64,000 nucleotides of DNA from Eledone cirrhosa. Taxonomy: Eukaryota. The position numbers and the translations under genes are program-made. The notes under the pieces are model-generated. The model ran no database searches, was not told the DNA's origin, and saw only the letters and a program-made list of their open reading frames with translations. How positions within the stretch are numbered: position 1 is the first letter of the stretch; each line of letters begins with the position of its first letter. The DNA is taken from NCBI GenBank assembly GCA_964016885.1, contig OZ024745.1, positions 37,324,001-37,388,000 of the forward strand, read 5' to 3'. Shown piece by piece: positions 1-13,479 of this stretch.

Positions 1-35
1 TTTTGCTTGTCAGATTCAAACTTACAATGATTGGC

Positions 36-118
<83 letters not shown>

Positions 119-553
119 TGGAGGACTACGTTTAAAAATATTGCCGGATGAAGGGAGCCACCTACATATAGAATGCTATCATTTAATTTTTATAATGAAT
201 AAATAGCATTTTCAAAAAATACATAAGTGGAAACAAAACAGTCCAATCAAATTTTTGCGGAAAAATATCTTACCTTCTCCAATAAAAAACATTATGTATT
301 TTGCGAAATCCAGAGACTTTCAATAATGACCTTTGGTTTTTCACACTTACTCAATATATATATATATATGTATGTATATGTGTGTGTATTTATCTATCAA
401 TCTATCTATCTATTTTATTGTATTAATAGTTTTATCTTCATATACATGTATGTAAACTCCCCATTTGTATTTGTCCCCTTCTTTTGTGCCCTGTGGCTAA
501 TACAGAAATTTATCTATTTATCTATCTGTCTATCTATCGATCCATCTATCTAT

Positions 554-605
<52 letters not shown>

Positions 606-644
606 GATATTAGTAAATGGAAACTATATTTATAAAACCATATT

Positions 645-709
645 TATTTCATTATACATATTTCAGGGATACCAAATTAAATTATGGTATGCCTTCATCA
701 GACAAAATA
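645..709 (-). ncRNA. Minimal type I hammerhead ribozyme motif (PLE-type, family of 5833-6258)
   Basis: Reverse strand reads ATTTTGT-CTGATGA-AGGCATACCA..TGGTATCCCT-GAAA-TATGTA-TA-ATGAAAT; flanks homologous to 5840-5960; element lies between (TA)n tracts. Confidence 0.75.
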
Positions 710-872
710 TAATATATAACAGTTTTACAAATAAGCTTTGACGTACCCTATTAAAATGCAACCATTGTTTTTGGAAGCCATCCGTATATCTACTCCAAAT
801 ACTTGTCGAGTGCTTTATATCAGTTATAAAAATATTTACTTGTTGTATCACAAGAATTTTAAATAGAACTTT

Positions 873-954
<82 letters not shown>

Positions 955-1036
955 AATATACACACCACCTTCACCACTAATTGATTTGACAGATGTTTAA
1001 CACATTGACACCAAATATTATTTGGTCAGTAGTTCG

Positions 1037-1096
<60 letters not shown>

Positions 1097-1098
1097 CG

Positions 1099-1129
<31 letters not shown>

Positions 1130-1746
1130 CTTGTGTGTATGTGTTTATATATGTATGTTTGCATGCATGAATGAATACACTAAGCTTTAGATTTAGTAGA
1201 ATGTACAACCACTGATTCTAGTTATTTGCACTATCGTATATTTTGGTTTCTAGTAATTCCCTGGGGAATTGGTTGACCAAATGCTTTGCTTAATTGTTTT
1301 ATTTATTCAAAAAAAGATTTATTCTTTCTTTTAGATTTCAGGTATTTTTTGAAAGCAAAGCATTGGTCTCTAAAATACTACAGTGGCCCCTGCAATGCTA
1401 CTGTGGGCTCTTGCAATGCTACCGTGGGCGCCCTGGAGCCCACTTGCCATTGGACAACTTGGCAATCTGACTAGTCTGCCACTGTATGGCAATTCCTAGC
1501 CTGATTGTAGCATGGCATTAACGCTGACTTTTCTTCTATCTTTCTGTCTTGTTTTTCTCTTTGATTGGGAGGTTAGTAGCACAGTATAAGCTTTCGGCCC
1601 CTCACCAGATAGACTTAAGTAGACCGAATAGCCAGCACTTGAGGGGCAACCGGCTAAAGTGGAAGATGCTAGATGGTCGGACGTCCTCGGGTCTATGATT
1701 TTCAGCCCCATGGATTTTATCTGTTAGATTCATTTATTATATTTCG

Positions 1747-1805
1747 AATACCTGATGATATCACCGGATTCATACGGAACCCGGTCATTGAAATGATCAT
1801 AGTAT
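1747..1805 (+). ncRNA. Minimal type I hammerhead ribozyme motif
   Basis: ATAC-CTGATGA-TATCACCGG..CCGGTCATT-GAAA-TGATCA-TA-GTAT; stem III is the palindrome ATGATCAT; homologous to 28111-28172. Confidence 0.75.
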
Positions 1806-2387
1806 AATAAACCTTTCGAGGATTTACACAAGTCCAGCCTCCTGTTATTTTATTATAATAATTAACTCCGTACTCGCACCACCAACTACACAAACGAAGA
1901 CGGTTGAGCTGCATTAGGTTGAGTACTCTCCATATTATTACATCAAGATTGACCATACAGAATGAGCAACTCTATCCAGTGGTGAACCTTCAAACCTAAA
2001 TATATATGCGTATATATAGATTCTGCTGAGATCGCACGGAACTACATCGCTCCTAGTTATTGCACCACAAGACTTAAGTCTAATCGGTTCGTTGTAAATT
2101 ATTCTATTTTTTTCCTTGGTTACTCACTTGCATGTTCCATTGACTTGTCCCCCCCCCCCCTCATTCGGTTTGTTTACTTCGTTTTTTCCTCTTTCCTTTT
2201 TCCGCTTTCTTCCTCTCGCCTCACTATTTTTTCTTTTCTTTCCCTCATGGCCTTTTGATCGATAAAAGGCCTTGGGCACGCTGCTGATCGATTTCGATGT
2301 CCTGTTTTAAGCGCCGAAGCATCTATGATCAGCAGTTAACAGCTGATGAAGGGGTCCTTTTCTTGTTTCGTCCATATTATCATCTTA

Positions 2388-2437
<50 letters not shown>

Positions 2438-2483
2438 CTCTCTCTCTCACTCTCTCTCTTTTTCTCTCACTCTCTCCCCCTCT

Positions 2484-2565
<82 letters not shown>

Positions 2566-2834
2566 GTATATGTATATATATATATATGCATATATATATA
2601 TATGTATGTATATGCATATATATATATACAGCGAGAGAGAGAGAGTGAGTGAGAGAGGAAGTGAGAGAGAAAGAGAGAGGGAGAGAGGGAGAGAGAGAGA
2701 GACAAGAACACTCAGTGCATATCACTGATGAAACCTACACATTATTGGTATGGGGGCAACGGGGTCATCGGGCTATAGCCGTCGTACTACATACTATTTT
2801 CCCCTATTTCTCTCTTTCGTATGTATGTATGTAA

Positions 2835-2905
<71 letters not shown>

Positions 2906-3263
2906 AGTGTGTGTGTGTTTTAAAATATATATATACGTGCATACACACACAGAAACACACACACATATATGTACATATATACGAAAACGTCTTATAATCC
3001 TTTGTTCCTACATTTATGTTGTTTTTCTTCTCTCATCAAGCTCATTCTTTTGTACTTTCCTTCATTTCATCTTTCATTGCTAATCTTACCTTTTCATTGT
3101 TATCTTTCTTATTTCTATTCCCCCCCCCCCCTATCATCCCAACTAATCAATCAATCATTCATTGAAGCATGGGTCGGTAGATAGTGAGGAGGGAGGGTTC
3201 AACTTTGCGTGGTGAGTGTGTATATATATGCGTGTATGTATGCATGAATTCATACCTGTCTGC

Positions 3264-3342
<79 letters not shown>

Positions 3343-3369
3343 GTGTATGTATATATATATATATATATA

Positions 3370-3424
<55 letters not shown>

Positions 3425-3510
3425 ATAAAAATAAATTTGAAGACTAAAATCCATATTTGTGTGTGTGTATACATGTATATAAATATATATATATATATGT
3501 GTATGTATAT

Positions 3511-3720
3511 AACGAAGGAGGTGGGGTAAGGAACCAGATGGACCATAACACACCAGAGTACTCAATACTTAGGGTAGTAGAGTGGGTAATAGGAAAATGT
3601 TCAAGACCCCGACGGCAGAGCTCAAGCCGTTTCGACGGCTATTTCTGGGTTAAAATAGAGTCCAGAAATACACGTTGAAACGGCTTGAGCTCTGCCGTCG
3701 GGGTCTTGAACATTTTCCTA
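3511..3720 (-). mobile_element. Fold-back PLE-derived mini-element (3' half of HHR, inverted at stem II, plus tail)
   Basis: Inverted arms about 3589-3648 / 3662-3720 carrying GAAACGGCTTGAGCTCTGCCGTCGGGGTC; unpaired tail 3511-3588; (TA)n on both sides; relatives at 13727, 24272, 26309, 32691, 52661, 56461. Confidence 0.7.
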
Positions 3721-3752
3721 TATATATACATGTGTGTGTGTGTGTGTGTATG

Positions 3753-3785
<33 letters not shown>

Positions 3786-4298
3786 TCGTTTATTTAGGAA
3801 ACAGCTTTTCCTTTGGACATGTACATACATACACACACGCGCGTACAGACACACACACACACACACACAGACACATATATATATATACCTGTGTCACTGA
3901 CTCAGGTATATATAAATGGGTAGGTAGGTAGATATAAAAGTATGTAAGTTTTTATGTATTATTATAGGTGCATTTGTATGTACGTTTGTGTTTGTGTTTG
4001 CGTCTGTCTCAGTTTGGGTTTGTATGTGAGGGAGAAGGGGCGAAATGGGGAGAAAATAGGAGAGAAAGGTGTGGAGAGATATTGAGCGGGGGGTGAGAGC
4101 GAGTGGAGGCTGAGAGAGCAGGGTGCCGGGTGGTGAATACACTTTCATTGTTTCAAAGGTATGAAGTGAGATTAAGTCAAATGATTAAAACCGTTAGCAA
4201 GCTGACACGTGGCCAATTATTAGAAGATAAAAGCTAGAGTCAAAGTACACATCAACAACAACAACAACAACAACACCAACAATAATATAATGATAATA

Positions 4299-4361
<63 letters not shown>

Positions 4362-4974
4362 GTAAGGGGATAAAACAATCTCACAAAAGGAGAAAATATA
4401 TATCCTAATCAATTAATGTGCACCGCAACAACCACAAAAGAAACAACTATTGTTAATTAAATAAATATATATAAAAAGGGAGATATGTATTTACTTATTT
4501 TTTTATTTTCGGGTGGGAGGCTTTTGTTAAGTCCTTATTGTATTTGTGTAAACTTTTAAGTGGTCAAATTAAACCATTTAAAGTTACCTTCAATATGAAT
4601 GCGAGATTTCGATTTCTTGCGTTAATCTCGTCAGCTAAGTGCCTGGCTTGGGGCATTTGTTTTTAGTTTTATCTTTTCTTCTAAAATCATCGTGGGAACG
4701 AAATGTAACTTTTTGATAAACCTGCTAAAACAAAAACACCTATTCAGTACACAAAACAGAAGAATTAAACACACACACACACACACATACATAAATGTAT
4801 ATATATATATATATATATATACATCGCCTCACACAAGATATGTATATATGAATGCATATATATAGACGCATATACACACTTATAAATATACATAAGTCGA
4901 ATCATATACACAAACATACAAGCACACATATATGCATAGACGTATTCACATAAACACATGTTCAAAATGACTAC

Positions 4975-5026
<52 letters not shown>

Positions 5027-5117
5027 GTGTGTGCGTGCGCGCATAGGTCAAATTATTGATTCCACGCATGACCAGGCAATTATAAGAGATCGATTAATGT
5101 AACATGGAACAACACGG

Positions 5118-5720
5118 CTAAGAAGCGAATTTCTCAATATGACCACCCCTATATATGCTGACTGTTACTTCTAGTCTGAAGAGGGCAATCCCTTCATTAA
5201 ATATTGCACGATCAAGTGCACGCATGTGACTTTTCAAACCCGCTTTTGTCTTGCCGGTCCGTTCACAAATGTAGCACCTGAACTGTCTGTCTCCTGGCAA
5301 TACCAGCTGGGGTGCGTCTCCATGTATTCTATCATGTCTGGTCAGTCCACCACCTGACTTGAAAAACAAGCCACACTCACTGGAAATGTACCGTAGAGTG
5401 TGTGGTGGTAGAACCATCTCACAGTTTAAGGATATCATAAAAGAATAAAAGACAATCTTAAAGCTCTGAAGATTGATATGGAGAACTGGTAGAGACTGGC
5501 TGAAGGCCTTCCATCATGGAGAAAGATCATCAAGTATGGAAGTGATGTCTTTGAAAACAACCGAGTGGAGCATGCTGTTTTGAACCGTCCATTTCTTAAG
5601 CGTAAGTGAGTGCAATGCCTTCAAAGATTCAGCAGGAATTGAGATGCAATGTAGGTGGCCGGTTTCTTCTAACGAGAGCTGGATTTGTCGATCATCTGAA
5701 ATCACACGAGCCAGGGAGAA
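5118..5720. pseudogene. Rearranged 3' fragment of an RTE-clade LINE with C-terminal C2H2 zinc fingers
   Basis: Plus strand 5446-5710 reads IKDNLKALKIDMENW*RLAEGLPSWRKIIKYG.. and CNVGGRFLLTRAGFVDHLKSH; minus strand 5118-5438 reads ECGLFFKSGGGLTRHDRIH and CYICERTGKTKAGLKSHMR; resembles RTE ORF C-termini, with the two parts in opposite orientation. Confidence 0.6.
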
Positions 5721-5739
5721 ATCGAGTCACCTGTGAGAT

Positions 5740-5836
<97 letters not shown>

Positions 5837-5879
5837 CAATGATATTAATAAATGGGAGTTATCTTTATAAAACCATATT

Positions 5880-5940
5880 TATTTTATTATATATATTTCA
5901 AGGGTGCCAAAATGTTGGTACGCTCTCATCAGATAAAATA
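5880..5940 (-). ncRNA. Hammerhead ribozyme motif (inverted arm copy)
   Basis: TTTC at 5896, TCATCAG at 5926; mirror of 6064-6124. Confidence 0.7.
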
Positions 5941-6063
5941 CAAAAGTTGTTTTATAAATAGTGACATATCCAAAAACAAGAACTTATCGTTTTAACTTCA
6001 GTTTGGATATCCAAATAAGTTCTTGTCTTTTTGAATATGTCACTATTTGTAAAACAACTTTTG

Positions 6064-6124
6064 TATTTTATCTGATGAGGGCATACCAATATTTTGGTAC
6101 CCTTGAAATATATATAATAAAATA
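6064..6124 (+). ncRNA. Minimal type I hammerhead ribozyme motif
   Basis: TATTTTAT-CTGATGA-GGGCATACCAA-TATT-TTGGTACCCTT-GAAA-TATATA-TA-ATAAAATA. Confidence 0.8.
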
Positions 6125-6255
6125 AATATGGTTTTATAAAGATAGTTTCCATTTATTAATATCATTGATATTATACTCCAGAAGAAATCTGTAGAGAGCT
6201 TCGAATCTGTTATAAATAAATTTGTTGAATATCCAACAAATTAAATAACTTTTTG

Positions 6256-6300
<45 letters not shown>

Positions 6301-6439
6301 TATCGGTGTGTGATGTTTAGTTACTGATTGCTCACCAGTTTGAGCACTCAATTCTACTATTAAGGTCCGGCTACAAATGTGTGGTTCAGCGTTTGTCTCT
6401 ACTAGAAAGAATTGTTTGGATCATACTTTTATAATTGTT

Positions 6440-6708
6440 GTTTGTTGCATCTCTGTTGGTTCTGCTTGCTCGGTACATTAACGATCAAGTAACTGAGAAT
6501 TCCATAGACACGTGTATCCTTAACATATTTCTCGGAGGTTCAGCATGAAATAGTGTGCAACAAAGGTTGTCTTTGAATTTCAGCTGAGTGGACAGGCGCA
6601 ATGTGAAATAAAGTACCTTGATCAAATAACACAACACGCCACCAGGAATAAACTCACGACCTTACGATCATAAATTGAAACCCCTAACAACTAAGCCACG
6701 CGCCTTCA
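6440..6708 (-). mobile_element. tRNA-derived SINE, family B (diverged)
   Basis: Reverse strand starts GAAGGCGCGTGGCTTAGTTGTTAGGG..GTCGTGAGTTTATTCCTGG (A/B-box-like); body shared with 14700-15000, 24770-24970, 31700-31945. Confidence 0.6.
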
Positions 6709-6719
6709 CATACATACAT

Positions 6720-7231
6720 GATGGCTGCCCCCTCGTTATCGAGAATGGCCATTGCACGATATACCATTAATAATAATTATTAATTAATTCTATCGTACAA
6801 TGCCTGTGCGTGAAGATATTTTTTAAAGTGAGGAAAGACTGTGCACTGAGCCAATCCCACTCTCTGAGCAACAGTAGCTATAACCCGAAAAGAAGAAAAG
6901 ATCAACATCATCGGTAACTACTGAGCCGCAGGTTTTATATCGGAGTTATCCCAATTTCCTGAGTTGCCTTCTCCTAGAAGAATGCCCTGACAAAGGCTAG
7001 GGGTCCTTCACTCCCAGTGGTTTAACCGCGCGGTACATATGTATATACATATTTACACACTTTCGGATGGCCGTTGACCCTTATGAGTTCTTCCGCCCTT
7101 AGTCAGGTTTTGTTTTTTGTTCTGCAGGGTGTCCAAAATCACCCTCCTCACCAAGTAACCTCACCAAGTAAACCATGCGACAGGTTGTACTGGGTTACAT
7201 GTTACCAGTAGCACTCAAGAGTGACCCGACA
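6720..7231 (-). mobile_element. Non-autonomous RTE-tailed retroposon (copy of 19087-19750)
   Basis: Reverse complement matches 19087-19275 and 19440-19750; ends in (ATGT)n tail. Confidence 0.7.
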
Positions 7232-7354
7232 TACATACATACATACATACATACATATTTACATACATACACACTTACATATACATACATATTTACATAT
7301 TTACATGTATACATACTTTAACGTTAATGTGACAAGAAAAATACAGACGAAATA

Positions 7355-7547
7355 TAACTGTTTCTACGTTTGGCCCAAGGCCAGCAATTACCCCAATGTA
7401 TTACTACTGGTGCTTTATTTTATCGACCCCGTAAAGATGAAAGGCAAAGTTAACCTCGGCGGGATTTGAACTCAGATCATAAAGGGCCGTAACTCTATGC
7501 TGCAAAGCATGGCATCCGACCCTCTACCAATACTGCCAATCCACCGC
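7355..7547 (-). mobile_element. tRNA-derived SINE, family A
   Basis: Reverse of GGATTGGCAGTAT..GAGTTCAAATCCCGCCGAGGTTAACTTTGCC..TAGAAACA; about 10 similar copies in the window. Confidence 0.8.
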
Positions 7548-8149
7548 TCATCTATACACTCATACATATACGCATACATATATACATACATTCATATTTA
7601 CATATATACATACTTTATTTTGAACAAATTCCCACTTGACGTTAATGTGACAAGAAAATACAGACAGAATATAACAGCTATGGACCATTGACAATGAGTC
7701 TACAGATACAGCGGTCAAATGATTATTTCACCTTTATACTAATTGTTATTGGATCAACAGCATATGTATCAACTCTCTTGGATCAAAGCGTGAAAGATAT
7801 AGAGGAAGAATAAACCCCAGTATTGAACATGTACTTTATTTATCGACTTATTTTTATCCGACATTATAATGACTCGACCAACCTCAAAAGGATGCAAGGT
7901 TAACCTTGGCGAGATTTGAATTCAGAGCACAGAGAGTCGGAGCAAATACGACAAATCTTTCTATCAGACGTTCTTACGTTCTGAACTTCTGACGAGTCGA
8001 CCACGTCGTCGCCTTCGCTTCATGCATCAAAGTCTGACATATATGTTTGGAATAAAATAAAATTGATTTATATTTCTTATTATATGCTACACTAAATAAA
8101 CAATAAATCTATAATTTTCGAAAATTATAAAGGTTATAATGGAATGATA

Positions 8150-8600
8150 ATGTAAGATATGTAAGATAATTATTATGTCAAATCTTGATTCTGAACAATT
8201 TTTCAAAAGATAATTTCATCGCTTTTTCAATTATTTTTCTTGTTCTTTCACATTTTTGGCTATTGCATGTAACTAAAATCATAAATTGTGCACTGTTGTG
8301 GAGAGAACCAGCATCTGGGTATTTGGCACCCTTGTCTAACTCCTAAAACGAACGTTTTCTGAAGAAAAAAAGATAATTTCTACTTACAAATTGCTTCGTT
8401 AAGGAACTAAGATTTCGATGTTTTATGCTCTGATCTTATTAAGAAAATTACTAAGCCTGGATTTTCTACTATACAGTCCACACTCATCCTAATGATGAAA
8501 CAGGTCATAGCACTACACGACCTTATCGAAAACTCAACTTTGATTATTTTAAAACGCTGCTTCGTAGAAAAGATGGTTAGAGATTTATTTATTGATAATA
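8150..8600 (-). pseudogene. Possible highly decayed LINE RT relic
   Basis: Only a GVRQGC motif (reverse strand near 8325-8345) is recognisable. Confidence 0.25.
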
Positions 8601-9011
8601 TAATATTATTTAATATTTTATTTAATCATACATATTTGCATAAATCTGTGATCTTTTGATTATTCAGTAATGTGCTCCTGTGATGTCTTCAGCTTGGACA
8701 GCTACCTAATTTGCCTTAAACTATGTTCTAGTCTTAGTTGAGGAGGTGAGAATTTGCTTCAGTAAGAAGAAAATTTAGAGATAACTCCTTTGAAAACTAC
8801 AATTTTTTTAGTCAGGTTTTATATTCACAATTTTACCTATAATTATTTACTCATAGTTATGAAACTAGGCTCTGAATTGACAAAAGCCATTGGGGCAAGC
8901 TTAAAATTTATTTGCGTCTTTTTGAACTCTGAGTTTCAATACTACTGAGTGAACTTTGATTTTTCAGGTTTCCGGAGTTCAACAGATGAAGTGCCGATCA
9001 ATTTCTTCTCC

Positions 9012-9122
<111 letters not shown>

Positions 9123-9456
9123 TCTCTCTCTCCTTCTCTCCCTCTCTTGCACCTAGTTGTCTGTTGGTCTGCCTCTGACTGTCCTCCTTCTCCTGCTATC
9201 TGGGGTCCTTTCTTCAGAGAGTTGCCTTTTCATGAGGTGGAGAGAATACTTTGCTGATGTCCTAAACCCGATCAAACCACAATCTTCTGCATGTATTCTT
9301 CTATATATGTATATATGTGCGCACTATATATGTATGTATATATATATGTAAGTGTATGTATGCATGTATGTATGTACGTGTGTACGTGTGCATGTATGTA
9401 TTTATGTATGTAGGTACGTATTATGTGCAATGTATCTAAGTACGTATGTATGTATG

Positions 9457-11531
9457 TTATCTCTTTCTCTTAATTTCGAGTATATTTTTTTGACCGGTCA
9501 CCTTCCTGGTGGCAAGGTTGTAAAAGAAAAGAAATATTCATCCCTTGAATCGCAAGAATGTTTTGCAAATTTTGAAGGTGCCAGCTATCGCAGCCATTTG
9601 TAGACTATGAATTAGGGAGCTGCGCTCTTTGTCCGCAAATCCAAGTTCAGTCATACTTTGGTCCAAGCGGGTTGGTATATAACCCGTAGCTCCAATAATG
9701 ATGGGTATGAAGCTAAAGGTGTATCTTGGATACTGGATTTGTAAACTCCTTATCAATGGTTCGTAGATGTCCTCCTTCTCCTGTATTTTTCTGACAACGT
9801 TTACATCAAGTGGGCAGCTGATCCACACAACAGAACACGTTTTCAATGTGTGGTCCCAAACAACAATATCAGACCGGTTGTGCTTTAATTTGGTGGCAGT
9901 TTTTATTTTCAGGTTCCACCAGTATTCCTTAGTGCCATCTGTCTCAATATATTCTTCCTCGTTTGTTGTTAATTTTGTTTTCCGAAGTGCGTTCCAGATG
10001 GTTCTAGCTATCCCATCGTGTCTCATGGGGAGGTAGTAGCGAGATGACATTCTTTCGCAGCAGGCAACAATGTGGCTTACATCCTCGATCTTTGTTTTAC
10101 ATAGCCTACATTTATTGCCCGCTGATGGTCCTCCCCTTTTGTGCAGCAGATATTTGGTAGGGAGTTCTTGTTCCTGTATTGCATAGAGATATCCCTCAAG
10201 GTGTGATGTCATAAACTTGTCGGAACTCCATGCCAGGCTTTTTGAGTGGTTTATCCCCTCTATAGTCTGTGTTTTACGTCTCAAGTATCCATGCACAACT
10301 TTTTCTGTAAATTGTTCAATTTTTTCATCTTGTTTGAACATTGAATAGGATCTTCCGATTTCTCTGGGTGAGAGATTTATATCAGGCTTTATTCCATATC
10401 TCTCCTCCAGATCAGTGGCTATTCTAATGATATATTTTTTTTCATACTCATAAACCTGGGCAAGATGGTTACCAACCTTTTTCCTCTGTTGAAGGTGTTG
10501 CTTCAGTGTTACTATCCGGGTCTCATATGATGTTAATATGGATTTTAGACCCCGGCCACCTTCCTTGCGTGAGAAGTATAGCCTATCCACATCACCATTG
10601 ATGTTAAAGTAACACTGAGAAATTTGCGAGTTCTAACATCCATCTCACTTAGTTTTGCAATGACCAGTTCAGCAGGCCAAATGTTGGCGTTAGAATTGGC
10701 AGCATATGTATTGTGGGCAATGTATTTGTTGTACGCTGACAGTTCTGATGATCATATTTTCTTTACTCTTCTGAGGTATTCAGTTCTGGTTCTCTCCTTA
10801 TTTATGGGTCCATCATATCTGACATCCTCATCCTGTCCAAGATATCTGTAGTTGTCACCTGACTGTAGAGGTTTTATTGTCAGGCCGTTCATCTCTAGAT
10901 TTCTAGAGGAGGGCACATCTCTTCCACGTTTTACTACCAAATATGCACACTTGGACTCACCAAATTTCATTTTGATGTCTGTTGAAAATTGTGTAATGAG
11001 GCCCAATTGTTTCTTGATGTCATTGATATTTGGCCCATACAACTTCAGGTCATCAACAAAGAAAAGATTGGAGATACTTCTGGACCCACTTCTTTGTCCA
11101 CCTTGTTTCCTGGGTAGGTAAGATAGTGGATTTAGTGAGAGAACGAAGAGTAGCACTGACAAGCTATCACCCTGAAAGATGCCCTTCTGGTAATGTATCT
11201 TATCAGTCTTAACCTGCTCCTTCTCACCTCTAAGGATCAAATTGGTGTACCAGTTCTTGGTCAGACGTTCAACAGCAGCTACCAGTGGTTGTGGGACTTT
11301 GGCTAACTGTAAAGCCTTAACAATCCACCCATGAGTTACACTATCAAATGCTTTTTGATAGTCCAGCCACACCACAGTCATGTTTCTGCGATTCTTTGTT
11401 GTTTTTTCTTGAATCATTTTATTAGTTAGTAGGTGATCTATGCAACCCCACACCTCCCTCTTTCCACCAGCTTGCTCAGGTGTTATGATGTTGTTGGTAG
11501 CACAGTGATCCTGTAAGAACAGGTTAATGTA
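9457..11531 (-). mobile_element. R4/Dong-type RLE non-LTR retrotransposon, 5'-truncated and frameshifted
   Basis: ORFs 10752-11453 ([31 protein letters not shown]) and 9538-10590 (CRLC..HIVACC knuckle, decayed RLE motif RSDIV..WISCP..KEDIY); short 3' UTR; (TATG)-like tracts at both ends. Confidence 0.9.
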
Positions 11532-11839
11532 TTATGTATGTATGCATATATGTATGCATGTATGTATGTATTTATGAATGTATGTCCGTATGTGTCTATG
11601 TACGTATGTATTTGTGTATGTATGTATATATGCGATTTATATATATATTGGTTTGTGTCTATGTATGTAATACATGTATGTACATATATATTTGCGTGAT
11701 GTGTGAGAAATAAAAGATTATGTTAATCCTCTTCCAAGTGACTTGAAGTCAACATATCTTCTTAATGTGTCGTTTAAATAATAAAGTAGATAATGTTGAC
11801 ATTAGATTACTGTAGAAGAAGAAGAAGAAGAAGAAGAAG

Positions 11840-11870
<31 letters not shown>

Positions 11871-11937
11871 TAGAGAGGTGAGACGGGTGTGATGTTGGGG
11901 AGTTTACCGGTTATATTTAGGGGCATTATTAACAGAA

Positions 11938-12123
11938 GGTGGATTGGCAGTATCGGTAGAGGGTCGGAAGCCATGCTTTCCAGCATAGTTACGTCCCTTT
12001 ACGATCTGAGTTCAAATCCTGCCGAGGTTGACTTTGCCTTTCATCCTTACGGGGTCGATAAAATAAAGTACCAGTAATGCACTGGGTAATTGCTGGCCTT
12101 GTGCCTAAAGTAGAAACAATTAT
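11938..12123 (+). mobile_element. tRNA-derived SINE, family A
   Basis: GGTGGATTGGCAGTATCGGTAGA (A-box-like), GAGTTCAAATCC (B-box), 3' end TAGAAACAATTAT. Confidence 0.85.
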
Positions 12124-12539
12124 TAACAGAAGGAAATAATAGAGAATACTGTAGATGGTTGCAGCTACGCAAGATTCATTTATTTAATCAAATTAAACGT
12201 CCGTATAGAGCTAATAAGCTATGACAGATTAGTGGAAGTATCTAGTACTTCTTACAGTTGAGAATCGAAAAATAAGATATACAGAGATAAGTGAATATAA
12301 AAATCAAAATCAAAATTAAATCAAATAAATTTAAATTAAATTAAACAAATTAAATAGTGAAGTTCAACGGCAGGCAAGATAAGCATAAAAAACATAAAGA
12401 TAAAATTAGAAGCCCTGGAAGCTTTAAAGCAACTAAAAGGTTGTGTTGTTGAATCTTCTCTTAACCTCTATGTACTAAAATATTTTGTTTATATGATACA
12501 AATTGTGTACAATAGCGTCCTAATATAAATTACTACTAC

Positions 12540-12741
12540 TACAAGGGTTGGCTGAAACGGTCATAGGTAGACCAAGATACTCTCACGGCATGACCAAATG
12601 AGCTTTATTTTTCAACATAGCCCGTGGAAGAATACAATGCAGTTATAAATAAAAAGAGTTAAAATTTATGTATACATGATTTCACAGCATTAGCATCACT
12701 CCTTCATAGCCAGCCTATGAACTTTTCAGCTAACAGTCGTA
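12540..12741. mobile_element. Mariner-derived MITE
   Basis: TA-bounded imperfect TIRs TACAAGGGTTGGCTGAAACGGTCATAGG / CCTATGAACTTTTCAGCTAACAGTCGTA. Confidence 0.65.
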
Positions 12742-13050
12742 CTATCTTTAAACTCACTGTCATGACTAAAATAATTTGTAAAATAATGTGTGACATAATC
12801 CGAGGCTAAGGTGATAGAAATTTGACTATTACATAGTGGGATTGAACCCGAAACCACATAGTCATGTCTGCGCCTGATTATCAACAGGACAATGGGTGCA
12901 GGTGGTGGATACTGGTATGGTGTGATGATAATGGTGCGTGTGTGTGATGGGGAGATAGACTAATGATAAGAGGTAGTGGTGGTGCTGGTGCTGGTGGTGT
13001 TATTGGTTCTGTTGGTGTGTGTTTGTGTAGTAGTATTATTGTTGTTGGTT

Positions 13051-13095
<45 letters not shown>

Positions 13096-13438
13096 TTGAT
13101 GGTGGCTATATCTGTTATGACCGCAACGGTAGCGGTTGCAATAAGCTTATTTAGGAATAGACCCCACCACTACCACCACCATCACATACACACACTCCAC
13201 TACTGATCGACTGTCTGACAGATCGACTGACTGACAGACAGATCCCTCAATCTCCCACCTAGACCATCTGACTAATCTTCGTGGGATCAGTTTCATAAGG
13301 ATCGTAGGCGAATTGAGAAATGAGAGTACATACAGGTGGTAATTGTGTGATACAGGGTATTAACTGGGGAAAAAGGGAGACAATACAATATACAATACAT
13401 AAGGGAGGGAGGGTGTGAGTGTATGTGTGTGTGTGTGT

Positions 13439-13479
<41 letters not shown>

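Larger units (their letters stand above)
5833..6258 (+). mobile_element. Fold-back PLE-derived mini-element with two inverted hammerheads
   Basis: Inverted arms about 5833-5986 / 6014-6170, tail 6171-6258, (TA)n on both sides. Confidence 0.8.

Noticed and set aside
1585-1612. Minus-strand CTGGTGA-GGGGCC-GAAAGCTT
   Set aside because: Core mutated and stems too short to separate from chance.
2340-2790. CTGATGA boxes at 2343 and 2725 (also 55417, and 45371 on the minus strand)
   Set aside because: No properly placed stem II plus GAAA.
4595-4640. Minus-strand CTGACGA-GATT..AATC-GAAA
   Set aside because: Stem II is good but stems I and III do not pair convincingly; at best a decayed HHR.
5118-5438. 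Host C2H2 zinc-finger gene
   Set aside because: Fingers are degenerate and adjacent to RTE-like ORF remnants; no splice structure evident.
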